Source: Alphaproteobacteria bacterium (GTDB lineage: Bacteria > Pseudomonadota > Alphaproteobacteria > SMXQ01). From it: a stretch of DNA of 64,000 bases. How positions within the stretch are numbered: the stretch's first letter is position 1; each line of letters starts with the position of its first letter. A program made the position numbers and the translations under genes. The stretch covers positions 6,698-70,697 of the forward strand of contig DATJIG010000257.1 in NCBI GenBank assembly GCA_035493495.1, in the 5' to 3' direction. The notes under the pieces were generated by a model, which ran no database searches, was not told the origin of the DNA, and saw nothing but the letters and a program-made list of their open reading frames with translations. This document shows, piece by piece, positions 1 to 9,372 of this stretch.

Positions 1-296
1 CGCGAGCAGCGCCTGGGCGACGATCGCCCACGCGCGCCTCGGGCCAAGCCAGTTGGCGAGGACCGGAACACGGATGCCGTCGATCAGCGGCGCCCAGACA
101 AACTTGAAAATGTAGGGAATCCCGACGAAGGCAAAGAGGCCGATGACCGTCTTGCTGACGCCGGCGGTCGCCAGCCAGATCGACAACGTGCCAATGGTCA
201 GCGGCAGCGGCAGCCCGGACGAGAAGCCGAGGAGCAGGATGATGAGCATCCTGCGGTCACGGTAGACCTCGGCCGCGGTCCGCCAGGGAAACGCCA
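1..296 (-). CDS. ampG: AmpG-family MFS muropeptide permease, N-terminal part only (ATG at complement 294-296; gene runs off the window start)
   Basis: Reverse-strand translation MAFPWRTAAEVYRDRRMLIILLLGFSSGLPLPLTIGTLSIWLATAGVSKTVIGLFAFVGIPYIFKFVWAPLIDG is typical of an AmpG/MFS TM1-TM2 region. Confidence 0.6.
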
Positions 297-397
297 TGTG
301 CACCTTCTTGCGCCCGCGCGGCGATCAGCCGGCGCGCGGACCGCGCAATGATACCAGCGAACGTCGGCCGCGAGCAGACATCACCCGCAACTTTTCG

Positions 398-1417
398 CTA
401 GGAGACCGTGATGCCGAGCTTGGATTTGACGAGATCGGCGAGCGAGGTCGCCGGACGCGCGCCGAAGTGGCTGATGATCTCGCCCGCGCACACCGCGCCG
501 ATGCGACCCGCGATGGCGACCGGCAGGCCCTGGGTGTAGCCGAACAGGAAGCCTGCGGCGAATAGGTCGCCAGCGCCGGTGGTGTCGACCACCTGGCCGA
601 CGTGCGCGGCGTCAACCACATGAACCTCGCGCCCGGCGACGATGACGGCGCCCTTTTCGCTCCGCGTCAGCACCGCCACCTCGCACTGGTCGCGCACGCT
701 CTGGAGCGCCGCGTCGAAGCTGTCGGAGCGGTAGAGCGACGTGATCTCGGCCTCGTTGGCGAACAGCACGTCGACGTGATCGGTGATGAAGCGCTGGAAG
801 TCGTCGCGATGGCGGTCGACGCAGAATGGATCGGATAGCGTCAGCGCCACCCGCTTGGCGGCAGCGTGGGCGAGCGAGGCGGCGCGCTCGAACGCCTTCT
901 TGGCGGGCGGCGGATCGAACAGGTAGCCCTCGAGATAGGTGATGCTCGCGCGCTGGATCATGCCGGGATCGACGTCGTCGGACCCGAGCTCGCCGGCGAC
1001 GCCCAGGAACGTCTGCATCGTCCGCTGCGCATCGGGAGTGACGAAGATCAGGCAGCGCGCCGTCGGCGCGCCGTTGGTGGCGGGCGGCGTCGCGAACTCG
1101 ACGCCCACGGCGCGGATGTCGTGGGAGAAGATCTGGCCGAGCTGGTCGTCCCGCACCTTGCCGATGAACCCGGCGCGACCGCCGAGCTGGGCGATGCCGA
1201 CGGCGGTGTTGGCGGCCGAGCCGCCCGAGCATTCGGTCGCGGTGCCCATCTTGGCGTACAGCGATTCGGCCTGGGGCGCGCCGATCAGGGTCATCGCCCC
1301 CTTGGCGAGTCCGAGGTCGTGAAGTGACTGATCACTCGCGCGGGCAAGCACGTCGACGATGGCATTGCCAACCGCCACGACGTCGAGTGAGCGATTGTTG
1401 GTGCTGACAGATGCCAC
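398..1417 (-). CDS. PfkB-family carbohydrate/adenosine kinase (GTG start)
   Basis: 339 aa with a ribokinase-like fold and the C-terminal PfkB signature DTTGAGDLFAAGFLFG. Confidence 0.8.
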   Translation of the reverse strand: MASVSTNNRSLDVVAVGNAIVDVLARASDQSLHDLGLAKGAMTLIGAPQAESLYAKMGTATECSGGSAANTAVGIAQLGGRAGFIGKVRDDQLGQIFSHDIRAVGVEFATPPATNGAPTARCLIFVTPDAQRTMQTFLGVAGELGSDDVDPGMIQRASITYLEGYLFDPPPAKKAFERAASLAHAAAKRVALTLSDPFCVDRHRDDFQRFITDHVDVLFANEAEITSLYRSDSFDAALQSVRDQCEVAVLTRSEKGAVIVAGREVHVVDAAHVGQVVDTTGAGDLFAAGFLFGYTQGLPVAIAGRIGAVCAGEIISHFGARPATSLADLVKSKLGITVS

Positions 1418-1529
1418 GGCGGTCCTCGTACAACGTAAAGCCAGGTTCGGGAGCGGCGCAGTATAAGGCCCGAGCCCCCACCGGCAAGCCGCGGATCGCG
1501 GCCAAAGCGGTGCCTCTCACGCCAGTGTG

Positions 1530-1545
1530 AGGGGGTTAACCCCCT
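1530..1545. promoter_or_regulatory. Perfect 16-bp palindrome AGGGGGTTAACCCCCT in the divergent pfkB/bactofilin intergenic region; candidate operator
   Basis: Read directly. The GTTAAC core is flanked by G5/C5 and lies about 85 bp upstream of the bactofilin ATG. Confidence 0.3.
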
Positions 1546-1565
1546 GCGCCGAGGTGTTCCCCTGA

Positions 1566-1594
1566 GCGGGCGGAGTCGGGTATCCTCCGCCCGC
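1566..1594. other. GC-rich hairpin (10-bp stem GCGGGCGGAG/CTCCGCCCGC, 9-nt loop) in the same intergenic region; no U-tract, so not a canonical terminator
   Basis: Inverted repeat read directly from the sequence. Confidence 0.25.
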
Positions 1595-1628
1595 GCACCC
1601 GACCGGGTACGCATGTGTTGGGGACAAG

Positions 1629-2192
1629 ATGTTCGGCCGGAAAAAGAGCAGCGGCACCACGTCACCGCCTCAGGGTCCGTCCGCGACCGAAACGCTCGCG
1701 GGCCTGCCCGCGCGGCCTCACGGGCTGTCGCTGCGCAAGCCCGACCCCGCGCGCCCGCAGCCGGGAGCGACGTCGACCGTGGCGCCGCGGCTGCCGGCAA
1801 TTCCCGTCGGCCCGCGCGCGCCGCGCGCCGCTGCGGAGAAGCCGCAGGGCGAGGGCAAGACGCTGGTGGTCGGGCGACTGATCGCGCTGTCCGGCGAGAT
1901 CGCCGCCTGCGATCGGCTCGTCGTCGAGGGCCGCGTCAGCGCCGAGCTGCATCGCTGCCGCGCAATCGAGATCGCGCGCAGCGGACGCTTCAGCGGCACG
2001 GCCGAGGTTGACACCGCCGAGATCATCGGCCGGTTCGACGGCGAGCTGACGGCGCGCAAGCTCATGGTGCGCGGGAGCGCCCGCGTGTCGGGGAAGCTGC
2101 GCTACAGTGAGATCACCGTCGAGCCGGGCGCGCAGATCCGCGGCGAGATGATTCCGCTCGAACCCGATATCGTCATCGAGGAGGCTGAGTGA
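1629..2192 (+). CDS. Bactofilin-family cytoskeletal protein (DUF583 beta-helix) with a Pro/Ala-rich N-terminal tail
   Basis: C-terminal 110 aa show the repetitive hydrophobic/Gly pattern of bactofilins (TLVVGRLIALSGEIAACDRLVVEGRVSAELHRCRAIEIARSGRFSGTAEVDTAEIIGRFDGELTARKLMVRGSARVSGKL). Confidence 0.65.
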   Translation: MFGRKKSSGTTSPPQGPSATETLAGLPARPHGLSLRKPDPARPQPGATSTVAPRLPAIPVGPRAPRAAAEKPQGEGKTLVVGRLIALSGEIAACDRLVVEGRVSAELHRCRAIEIARSGRFSGTAEVDTAEIIGRFDGELTARKLMVRGSARVSGKLRYSEITVEPGAQIRGEMIPLEPDIVIEEAE

Positions 2193-2635
2193 CTCCGCGT
2201 ATCGTCGCCCTGCTCACGCTCGTCTCCGTCGCCCTCGCCGCCTGCGCCGCGCCGCAGCAGCGCGACGCCACCAGTCCCACGCCCTCCGGCGCCGCCGATC
2301 CCGCGCCGGTTCCCGTCGCCGGATACACCATACGTCCGCCGACGCCGCCGCCGACCGGTAAGCCCGTGCTCGAGAATCTGCCCGGCATGAACGCCTCCGG
2401 CATCACCAAAATGCTCGGCCAGCCGCAGTTCCGCCGCCGCGATGGCCAGGTCGAGATCTGGCAGTACCGCGCCACCAATTGCACTCTCGATCTGTTCCTC
2501 TACAACGAAGGCGGCGACATGCGCGTGCGCTACGCTGAGCCGCGCGGGCGCACGGCACAGCCAATCTCAACCTCGAACGACGCGCAAGTGCGCGCCTGCG
2601 CCACGGCATTGCTGCAGTCGCGCGCCGGGAAATGA
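2189..2635 (+). CDS. Hypothetical lipoprotein; GTG start overlaps the bactofilin stop (GTGA) and is preceded by GAGGAGG
   Basis: Signal peptide plus lipobox (LVSVALAAC); Pro-rich linker, then a small globular domain. No family recognised. Confidence 0.55.
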   Translation: MTPRIVALLTLVSVALAACAAPQQRDATSPTPSGAADPAPVPVAGYTIRPPTPPPTGKPVLENLPGMNASGITKMLGQPQFRRRDGQVEIWQYRATNCTLDLFLYNEGGDMRVRYAEPRGRTAQPISTSNDAQVRACATALLQSRAGK

Positions 2636-3714
2636 ACATGGACTCGCGTGACGTCGCCGCGGAGCCGACGGACGACCGCGGGGTGCCGTTGTTCCTGCGA
2701 AGCCTGTGGTACTTCGCCTGCGCGTCGAGCGATCTCCGTGCCGGACGCAGCCTCGCGAAGACCATCCTCGGCGAGCCGATTCTACTGGTGCGCGGTGCCG
2801 ACGGCGCGCCATTCGCGATGCTCGACATCTGTCCGCACCGCGGTATTCCACTGCGCTTCGGCAACATCCTCGGCAACGAGGTGCAGTGCTGCTATCACGG
2901 CTGGCGTTTCGGCGCCGACGGCCGTTGCACCGAGATTCCGTCGCTGGTCGAGGGCCAGCCGTTCGACCCGTCGCGCATCCGTGTCCGCACCTATCCGGTC
3001 GCCGAGCGCCAGGGTGTGATCTGGATCTTCATGGCGGCACCGGGCGAGACCGAGCCCCTGCCGGAGCCGCCGTCACTGCCCGACGTGGATTCGCGTGATC
3101 TTCACATCCATGAGCGCATGAGCTTTCCGTGCGCGATCGACCATGCCGTGGTCGGCCTGATGGACCCGGCCCACGGGCCGTTCGTACACCGCTCGTGGTG
3201 GTGGCGGCCGGCGCGTTCCGCGCACCTCAAGGAGAAGCGCTTCGTGCCGTCGGAGCTCGGCTTCACGATGGCGCGGCACCGCCCGTCGAGCAATTCGCGC
3301 GCCTACAAGCTCTTGGGCGGCGCGCCGGAGACCGAGATCGCGTTCCGGTTGCCCGGCATCCGCATCGAGCACGTGCGCGCCGGCGGCAACGTGCTGGTCG
3401 GCCTTACCGCGACGACGCCGGTGAGCGAGACCGAAACCGAGGTCAATCACCTCATCTACTGGACAATGCCGTGGCTGACGCCGCTCGCACCCGTGCTGCG
3501 GCCGTTCGCGCGCACCTTCCTGCGCCAGGATCGCGACGTCGTGGTGATGCAGCAGCAGGGCCTCAAGTACCAGCCGCCGCTGATGCTGGTCGACGACGCC
3601 GACCGACCGGCCAAGTGGTACATGCGCTTGAAGCGTGCGTTCGCCTCCGCGCAGGCCGAGAAACGGCCGTTCGAGAACCCGGTCCGCGAGCGCACGCTTC
3701 GCTGGAAGAGCTAG
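2632..3714 (+). CDS. Rieske [2Fe-2S] non-heme iron oxygenase (PaO/Tic55-like architecture)
   Basis: Rieske motifs CPHRG...CCYHGW, then a non-heme iron catalytic-domain region. ATGA overlap with the upstream lipoprotein gene. Confidence 0.8.
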   Translation: MNMDSRDVAAEPTDDRGVPLFLRSLWYFACASSDLRAGRSLAKTILGEPILLVRGADGAPFAMLDICPHRGIPLRFGNILGNEVQCCYHGWRFGADGRCTEIPSLVEGQPFDPSRIRVRTYPVAERQGVIWIFMAAPGETEPLPEPPSLPDVDSRDLHIHERMSFPCAIDHAVVGLMDPAHGPFVHRSWWWRPARSAHLKEKRFVPSELGFTMARHRPSSNSRAYKLLGGAPETEIAFRLPGIRIEHVRAGGNVLVGLTATTPVSETETEVNHLIYWTMPWLTPLAPVLRPFARTFLRQDRDVVVMQQQGLKYQPPLMLVDDADRPAKWYMRLKRAFASAQAEKRPFENPVRERTLRWKS

Positions 3715-3718
3715 AGGA

Positions 3719-4360
3719 TCAATCCACGCCGGGCGTCTTGTCCTTGAACTCGCACCATTCGCGGATGACGCAGTCGGGGCAGCGCGGACGGCGCGCGAGA
3801 CAGATGTAGCGCCCGTGCAGGATCAGCCAGTGGTGGGCGTGACGCAGGTACTTTTTCGGCACCACCTTCATCAGCTTGTCCTCGACGGCGCGCGGCGTCT
3901 TGCCTTTGGCGATGCCGGTGCGGTTGGCGACGCGGAACACGTGGGTGTCGACGGCGAGCGTCGGCTCGCCGAAGGCGATGTTGAGCACGACGTTCGCGGT
4001 CTTGCGCCCGACGCCGGGCAGCGCTTCGAGCGCCTCGCGATTCTTAGGCACCTCGCCCTGGTACTGCTCGAACAGGATCTTCGACAGCGCGATGACGTTC
4101 TTCGCCTTGGTGTTAAAGAGGCCGATCGTCTTGATGTGGCGTTTCAGCCCTTCCTCGCCGAGCGCCAGCATCTTCTCAGGCGTATCGACCGTCACGAACA
4201 GCTCCTTGGTTGCGCGGTTGACACCGGCATCGGTCGCCTGCGCCGACAGCACGACGGCAACCAGTAGCGTGTAGGGATTGATGTGCTCGAGCTCGCCCTT
4301 CGGCTCGGGGTTGGCGCGCTTCAGGCGAGCGAAGATCTTCTCGACGTTTTCCGGCTTCAT
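3719..4360 (-). CDS. nth: Endonuclease III
   Basis: HhH-GPD motif LPGVGRKTANVV and 4Fe-4S cluster cysteines CLARRPRCPDCVIREWC. ORF-track N-terminal extension trimmed to MKPENVEK. Confidence 0.9.
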   Translation of the reverse strand: MKPENVEKIFARLKRANPEPKGELEHINPYTLLVAVVLSAQATDAGVNRATKELFVTVDTPEKMLALGEEGLKRHIKTIGLFNTKAKNVIALSKILFEQYQGEVPKNREALEALPGVGRKTANVVLNIAFGEPTLAVDTHVFRVANRTGIAKGKTPRAVEDKLMKVVPKKYLRHAHHWLILHGRYICLARRPRCPDCVIREWCEFKDKTPGVD

Positions 4361-4461
4361 CGGCGGATCCTGGAACAGCGGAGCGGAACGGGACTCGTCG
4401 GCAATATAGCCGCGAAAACAAGGCTTTTGACACCCACCCGACGGACGCCTATCTGTTCGAC

Positions 4462-4965
4462 ATGGCGATCGACGCAAGACCCCCGGCGGATGACGGCTCG
4501 GTGTTCTCCGCCATCCTGCGCCCCAACCGCAGCCTCGGGCCACGCGGCTTCGCGCTGCTGATGGCGGTAATGGCGGGGATCAGCTTCGTCTCAGGCGTGC
4601 TCTTCGCCTATCACGGGGCGTGGCCGGTGATGGGCTTCTTCGGCCTCGACGTCGCCATCGTCTACATCGCATTCCGCGTCAACTACCGTTCGGCCGATGC
4701 GAGCGAAACGGTGGTGCTGTCCGAGACCCAGCTGGTGGTCGAGCGCCGGCGCTATGGCCGCGTCATCGGCCGATGGGCGTTCCAGCCCTATTGGCTGCGC
4801 ATCGCGATCGATGAAGACGGCCGCACGCCCGGGGTGATCCTCGCCTCCCACGGCCGCAGCGTCGCGGTCGGGACGTTCCTCTCGCCCGAGGAGCGCGTCG
4901 GGTTCGCCGAAGCGCTCAGCGCGTCGGTGGCGTTGGTACGGCAAGCGCCGCATCTGCGCGGCTGA
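4462..4965 (+). CDS. DUF2244-family integral membrane protein
   Basis: Two TM helices near the N-terminus, then a conserved soluble domain (WAFQPYWLRI...). Confidence 0.55.
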   Translation: MAIDARPPADDGSVFSAILRPNRSLGPRGFALLMAVMAGISFVSGVLFAYHGAWPVMGFFGLDVAIVYIAFRVNYRSADASETVVLSETQLVVERRRYGRVIGRWAFQPYWLRIAIDEDGRTPGVILASHGRSVAVGTFLSPEERVGFAEALSASVALVRQAPHLRG

Positions 4966-4972
4966 CGGGCGC

Positions 4973-5785
4973 TCAGGCGCCGAGCGAAACCACGTCCCGC
5001 ATCGAGTAGAGACCCGGCGGACGCCCGCGCGTCCACACCGCGGCACGCACCGCGCCCTTGGCGAAAACGCGCCGGTGCGAGGCCTTGTGGGTCAGTTCGA
5101 TGCGCTCGCCGTCGGTGGCGAAGATCACCGTGTGATCGCCGACGACGTCGCCTCCACGCAGAGCCGCGAATCCGATCGAGCCCGGCACGCGCTCGCCAGT
5201 GATGCCGTCGCGGCCGCGCACCGCGACATCGTTGAGCGACACCTTGCGGCCGCGCGCCACCGCCTCGCCGAGTGCCAGCGCGGTGCCGGACGGCGCATCC
5301 TTCTTGTGGCGATGGTGCATCTCGACGATCTCGGCATCGTAGTCGGGACCGAGCATTGCGCCCACCTTCTCCGCAAGCGCCAGCAGCAAGTTGACGCCGA
5401 TCGAGAAGTTGGCGGCGCGGACGATCGTCACCTTGTGGGACGCCTCGCGCAGTGCGACCTCATGGCCGGCGGCAAGGCCCGTCGTGCCGACGACCAGCGC
5501 CACGCCGTGCCGCGCTGCGAGCGCCGCATTGGCCGCGGTGGCATCGGGCGCGGTGAAATCGATCACCACGTCCGAGGTGCGGAAGAGACTCTCGGCGGTG
5601 TCGGAGACGAGAACGCCGACGGCACCGAGCCCAGCGAGATCGCCGACGTCGCGACCGATCGCCGGATGGCCCGGGCGCTCGCACGCGCCGACCAGCCGGG
5701 ACCCCGCGGTCGCGCTCACCTCGCGCACCAGAACGTTGCCCATCCGGCCGGCCGCGCCGACGATGCCAATGCGAATGTCAGCCAT
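4973..5785 (-). CDS. dapB: 4-hydroxy-tetrahydrodipicolinate reductase
   Basis: N-terminal Rossmann GIVGAAGRMG; length and conservation typical of DapB. Confidence 0.9.
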   Translation of the reverse strand: MADIRIGIVGAAGRMGNVLVREVSATAGSRLVGACERPGHPAIGRDVGDLAGLGAVGVLVSDTAESLFRTSDVVIDFTAPDATAANAALAARHGVALVVGTTGLAAGHEVALREASHKVTIVRAANFSIGVNLLLALAEKVGAMLGPDYDAEIVEMHHRHKKDAPSGTALALGEAVARGRKVSLNDVAVRGRDGITGERVPGSIGFAALRGGDVVGDHTVIFATDGERIELTHKASHRRVFAKGAVRAAVWTRGRPPGLYSMRDVVSLGA

Positions 5786-5895
5786 AACCCTCTCCCTCGG
5801 GGCGCCGATTAAACCTCAACGCGCAACGGAAAGGCAGAGCTTTGTCGGGATTGGGTGGCGCGAACCGGTCCCCGGGCGGACCTGCTCGTTCCGCG

Positions 5896-7047
5896 TCAGC
5901 GATCTTCGGTGAGATCGTTCCAGAATTCCTTGACCTTGGAGAAGAAGCCCTCGGATTCGGGGCTGGTCTCCTCCTTGCGGCCGGCACGCTCGAATTCCTC
6001 GAGCAGTTCTTTCTGGCGTTTGCTGAGGTGAACGGGCGTCTCGACCGCGGTCTCGACGTACATGTCGCCGCGCTGCGGCGTGCGCATCACCGCCATGCCC
6101 TTGCCCTTGAGGCGGAACTGATGCCCCGACTGAGTACCGGCGGGAATTGTGACCCGCGCCCGGCTGCCGTCGACGCACGGCACCTCGATCGAGCCGCCGA
6201 GGGACGCTGTCGTCATCGGGATCGGCACGCGGCAGTAGATGTTGGAGCCATCGCGCTGGAACAGGCGATGCGGCGCGATCGACAGGAAGATGTAGAGATC
6301 GCCCGGCGGTGCGCCGCGCAATCCGGCCTCACCCTCGCCGCCCAGGCGGATGCGCGTGCCGTCTTCGACGCCCGGCGGAATGTTCACCGAAAGCGTCTTT
6401 TCCTTCCGCACCCGGCCGTGGCCGTGGCAGGTCTTGCACGGTGTCTTGATGACGCGGCCCGAACCCTGGCACACCGGGCAGGTGCGCTCGATGGTGAAGA
6501 AGCCCTGCTGGGCGCGCACGCGGCCGCGGCCGCCGCACTGCTCGCAGGTCGTCGGCTTCGAGCCCTTCGCGGCCCCCGTGCCGGTGCAGTCCTCGCACGC
6601 AACGGTCGTTGGCACGCGGATCGTCGCCTGCTTGCCGCGGAACGCCTCTTCGAGCGAGACCTCGAGGTTGTAGCGGAGATCGGCGCCGCGGGTCGTGCCG
6701 CCGGTCTGTCCGGCGCGTCCGCCGCGCCCGGTGAACTCGCCGAACATTTCGTCGAAGATATCGGCGAAGCCGGACGCGAAATTGAATCCGAAGTCCGCGC
6801 CGTTGCCGGCTCCGCGGCCGCCGTTCTCGAACGCGGCATGGCCGAAGCGGTCGTAGGCCGCGCGCCTCTGGTCGTCCTTGAGGACGTCGTACGCTTCGTT
6901 GAGTTCCTTGAAACGACGCTCGGCTTCGGGATCGCCCGGGTTGCGATCCGGGTGATGCTGCATCGCGAGTCGCCGGTACGCTTTTTTCAGTGTTTCAGCG
7001 TCGGCGGCGCGTTCGCAGCCGAGCGTCTCGTAATAGTCTCTCGCCAT
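5896..7047 (-). CDS. dnaJ: Molecular chaperone DnaJ
   Basis: J-domain with HPD, G/F region, four CxxCxGxG zinc-finger repeats. ATG at complement 7045-7047 chosen over the upstream TTG. Confidence 0.95.
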   Translation of the reverse strand: MARDYYETLGCERAADAETLKKAYRRLAMQHHPDRNPGDPEAERRFKELNEAYDVLKDDQRRAAYDRFGHAAFENGGRGAGNGADFGFNFASGFADIFDEMFGEFTGRGGRAGQTGGTTRGADLRYNLEVSLEEAFRGKQATIRVPTTVACEDCTGTGAAKGSKPTTCEQCGGRGRVRAQQGFFTIERTCPVCQGSGRVIKTPCKTCHGHGRVRKEKTLSVNIPPGVEDGTRIRLGGEGEAGLRGAPPGDLYIFLSIAPHRLFQRDGSNIYCRVPIPMTTASLGGSIEVPCVDGSRARVTIPAGTQSGHQFRLKGKGMAVMRTPQRGDMYVETAVETPVHLSKRQKELLEEFERAGRKEETSPESEGFFSKVKEFWNDLTEDR

Positions 7048-7100
7048 ACCACCCGCCAAATAGCGGCGCCTGCAGGCGCGCGTTCAGCCTCAAATATGAC

Positions 7101-7122
7101 GCGCCGGGCAGTCGCCCGGCGC
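7101..7122 (-). terminator. Hairpin GCGCCGGGC-AGTC-GCCCGGCGC between dnaK and dnaJ; possible attenuator/partial terminator
   Basis: 9-bp GC stem followed on the minus strand by UCAUAUUUGAGG. Confidence 0.3.
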
Positions 7123-7136
7123 GCGCAATCTGCTAA

Positions 7137-9074
7137 TTAAGCCGACTTATTCTTCTTCTCGTCGACCTCGTGGAACTCGGCGTCGACCACCGTCGCGTCG
7201 TCTTTCTGCTCGGACTGCTGCGAGGCCCCCTCGGTCCCGGCCGCGCCGGCCGATGCCGCCTGCGCTTCCTGGTTTGCCTTGTACATCGCTTCGCCGAGCT
7301 TCATCGACGCCTGGGCCAGCGCCTCGAGTTTGGTCTTGAGCTCGTCGGCTTCCGCGGTGTCGAGCGCGTCGCGAAGGTCCTTCATCTTCGCCTCGATGTC
7401 GGAGCGGACGCCGGCGTCGACCTTGTCGCCGTGCTCCTTGAGGTTCTTCTCGGTCGAGTGGATCAAGGCATCCGCCTGGTTGCGGATGTCGACCCGCTCC
7501 TTGCGCTTCTTGTCCTCGGCCGAGTGCGCCTCGGCATCCTTCACCATGCGGTCGATGTCGTCCTTCGACAGGCCGCCCGACGCCTGGATACGGATCTGCT
7601 GCTCCTTGCCGGTGGCCTTGTCCTTGGCCGAAACCTGGACGATGCCGTTGGCGTCGATGTCGAACGTGACCTCGATCTGCGGCATGCCGCGCGGCGCCGG
7701 CGGCAGCCCGACGAGATCGAACTGGCCAAGCAACTTGTTGTCGGCAGCCATCTCGCGCTCGCCCTGGAACACGCGGATCGTCACCGCGGTCTGATTGTCC
7801 TCGGCGGTCGAGAACACCTGGCTCTTCTTGGTCGGGATCGTCGTGTTGCGATCGATCAGGCGGGTGAACACGCCGCCCAGCGTCTCGATACCGAGCGACA
7901 GCGGCGTGACGTCGAGCAGGAGGACATCCTTGACCTCGCCCTTGAGAACGCCGGCCTGGATCGCGGCGCCGATCGCCACCACCTCGTCCGGGTTCACGCC
8001 TTTGTGCGGCTCACGGCCAAAGAAGCTCTTCACGACTTCCTGGACCTTCGGCATGCGCGTCATGCCGCCGACGAGAATCACCTCGTCGATGTCGGAGGCC
8101 TTGAGGCCCGCATCGCGGAGCGCCGCCTTGCACGGCTCGACGGTCTTCTGGATCAGATCGTCGACCAGCGCCTCGAGCTTCGCGCGGGTGATCTTCAGCG
8201 TGAGGTGCTTCGGACCGGTCTGGTCCGCGGTGATGAACGGCAGGTTGACCTCGGTCTCGGTCGCGCTCGAGAGCTCGATCTTCGCCTTCTCGGCGGCCTC
8301 CTTGAGGCGCTGCAGGGCGAGACGATCGTTGCGCAGGTCGATGCCGTTGTCCTTTTTGAAGGTGTCCGCGAGGAAGTCGATGATGCGCTTGTCGAAGTCC
8401 TCACCGCCGAGGAACGTGTCGCCGTTGGTCGACTTCACCTCGAACACGCCGTCGCCGATCTCGAGGATCGAGATGTCGAACGTGCCGCCGCCCAGGTCGT
8501 AGACGGCGATCGTGCCCGACTTCTTCTTCTCGAGGCCGTAGGCGAGCGCCGCCGCCGTCGGCTCGTTGATGATGCGCAAGACCTCGAGGCCGGCGATCTT
8601 GCCGGCATCCTTGGTGGCCTGACGCTGGGCGTCGTTGAAGTAGGCGGGAACGGTGATGACGGCCTGCGTCACCTTCTCGCCGAGATACGCCTCGGCGGTT
8701 TCCTTCATCTTGGTGAGGATGAACGCCGAAACCTGGCTCGGGCTGTATTTCTGGCCGCGGCTCTCGACCCACGCGTCGCCGTTGTCGGCGCGCACGATGC
8801 GATAAGGGACCATGCCCTTATCCTTCTGGGTCATCGGATCGTCGTGGGTGCGGCCGATGAGGCGCTTGATGGCAAAGAAGGTGTTCTCGGGATTGGTGAC
8901 CGCCTGGCGCTTGGCCGACTGACCGACCAGACGCTCGCCCGATTCGGTGAAGGCGACGGTGGACGGCGTTGTGCGCGCGCCCTCGGCGTTCTCAATCACC
9001 TTGGCCTGCGAGCCTTCCATGACTGCCACGCAGGAATTGGTCGTACCAAGATCAATACCAACGACTTTGCTCAT
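7137..9074 (-). CDS. dnaK: Molecular chaperone DnaK (Hsp70)
   Basis: [26 protein letters not shown], full-length Hsp70. Confidence 0.97.
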   Translation of the reverse strand: MSKVVGIDLGTTNSCVAVMEGSQAKVIENAEGARTTPSTVAFTESGERLVGQSAKRQAVTNPENTFFAIKRLIGRTHDDPMTQKDKGMVPYRIVRADNGDAWVESRGQKYSPSQVSAFILTKMKETAEAYLGEKVTQAVITVPAYFNDAQRQATKDAGKIAGLEVLRIINEPTAAALAYGLEKKKSGTIAVYDLGGGTFDISILEIGDGVFEVKSTNGDTFLGGEDFDKRIIDFLADTFKKDNGIDLRNDRLALQRLKEAAEKAKIELSSATETEVNLPFITADQTGPKHLTLKITRAKLEALVDDLIQKTVEPCKAALRDAGLKASDIDEVILVGGMTRMPKVQEVVKSFFGREPHKGVNPDEVVAIGAAIQAGVLKGEVKDVLLLDVTPLSLGIETLGGVFTRLIDRNTTIPTKKSQVFSTAEDNQTAVTIRVFQGEREMAADNKLLGQFDLVGLPPAPRGMPQIEVTFDIDANGIVQVSAKDKATGKEQQIRIQASGGLSKDDIDRMVKDAEAHSAEDKKRKERVDIRNQADALIHSTEKNLKEHGDKVDAGVRSDIEAKMKDLRDALDTAEADELKTKLEALAQASMKLGEAMYKANQEAQAASAGAAGTEGASQQSEQKDDATVVDAEFHEVDEKKNKSA

Positions 9075-9182
9075 CGCATCCTCTCTTCGGCAGCTCGCCC
9101 GGGCCCGGCTGCGGCACCCGGGGCGGCCCCATCATCGATTTTTTCATACTGGTCCGGGAGAAAACTCCCGCAGGACTTGGGG

Positions 9183-9213
9183 GTATATAGGGAGGCTCAA
9201 AACGGCCCGCAAG
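9183..9213 (-). promoter_or_regulatory. Sigma32 (RpoH)-type promoter candidate for dnaK: -35 CTTGCGG, 17 nt, -10 CCCTATATA on the minus strand
   Basis: Minus-strand sequence gCTTGCGGGCCGTTTTGAGCCTCCCTATATAcc lies about 110 nt upstream of the dnaK ATG; matches CTTG-N17-CCCYATNT. Confidence 0.35.
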
Positions 9214-9372
9214 CAGCGGCCATCGTGGCTTCGACGCGACTCCGCACATTTTTCAGCGTCCTTCCTCTCACCGTGCGCACGGTCGGGTCCGCGCCTTCAG
9301 TTACGATTTTAAACGAGGCGGAAAACCGCGCATTTGCCGGAGTCGGCGGGCCGTTAATTCAGACCAAATCGG

